64,000 nt of DNA from Octopus vulgaris (Eukaryota), in the NCBI GenBank assembly GCA_951406725.2, contig OX597814.1, positions 97,588,001 through 97,652,000 on the forward strand. Reading direction: 5' to 3'. Of this stretch, positions 63,638 to 64,000 are shown piece after piece. The position numbers and the translations under genes were made by a program. Position 1 is the stretch's first letter. Each line of letters opens with the position of its first letter. Under the pieces are notes generated by a model. It saw only the letters and a program-made list of their open reading frames with translations. It was not told the DNA's origin and searched no databases.

Positions 63638-64000
63638 TGTTACGTGTTTATTGACTTTTCATGTTACAAGGACTCGACATTCAGCGTAGTAATACACTAT
63701 ATACTCTACACACAGTTTGTACTATTCACTAACAAAATAGTGCCAAGAGTGGGGATGCACGTATACACATAGATATGAATGTGTAACATCCCCTCTTCTT
63801 GAAAAAAAATAAAGGGGTCTTCTGGCAGTGAAGACAATTATGAGTAGTCTCCCTTGCTCTATGGATTGTCAGCCTGAGGTGGAAATCCTACAGCAGAAGT
63901 CGTGAGATTATTCTGCCTCTGCTTTGTAGTCTAGCTGAATTAGATACTTCTCTTTTCATCTTCTTTTTTTCTTTCTTTAACGGTATCGAACCGGTGGCAG
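63638..64000 (-). mobile_element. Probable Gypsy-type LTR retrotransposon 3' end (ORF end, PPT, short 3' LTR)
   Basis: Minus strand: LPPVRYR* then PPT AAGAAGAGGGGA (63789-63800) directly before TGTTACA (63788); AATAAA and GTAACA end at 63638. Confidence 0.5.

Overview
AT-rich, microsatellite-dense animal DNA whose SINE families point to a cephalopod, very probably Octopus (inference from repeat sequences). One host gene is supported: the 5' half of a p38 MAP kinase (MAPK14-like) on the minus strand, with coding exons at 43296-43417, 19610-19739 (plus a near-identical tandem copy at 20383-20512), 18545-18603, 12938-13049 and 3593-3622. All have GT-AG junctions and compatible phases; the next exon (DLKP...) was not found and probably lies left of the window. 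The rest is transposon-derived: three tRNA-derived SINE families, RTE and Tx1/L1 LINEs, several non-autonomous Helitrons, Tc1/mariner, hAT and piggyBac-type remnants, a probable Gypsy 3' end and tandem repeats. The most notable observations are: (1) a 555-bp TSD-flanked palindromic element of two back-to-back tRNA-headed units, each ending in a Penelope-type minimal hammerhead ribozyme motif; (2) a 773-bp tandem duplication of the frame-shifting p38 exon 2 with a breakpoint in a Helitron end; (3) Helitrons with swapped 5' and 3' modules; (4) a (TA)n-associated repeat family with compensatory stem structure. Repeat boundaries were read by eye and many are approximate.
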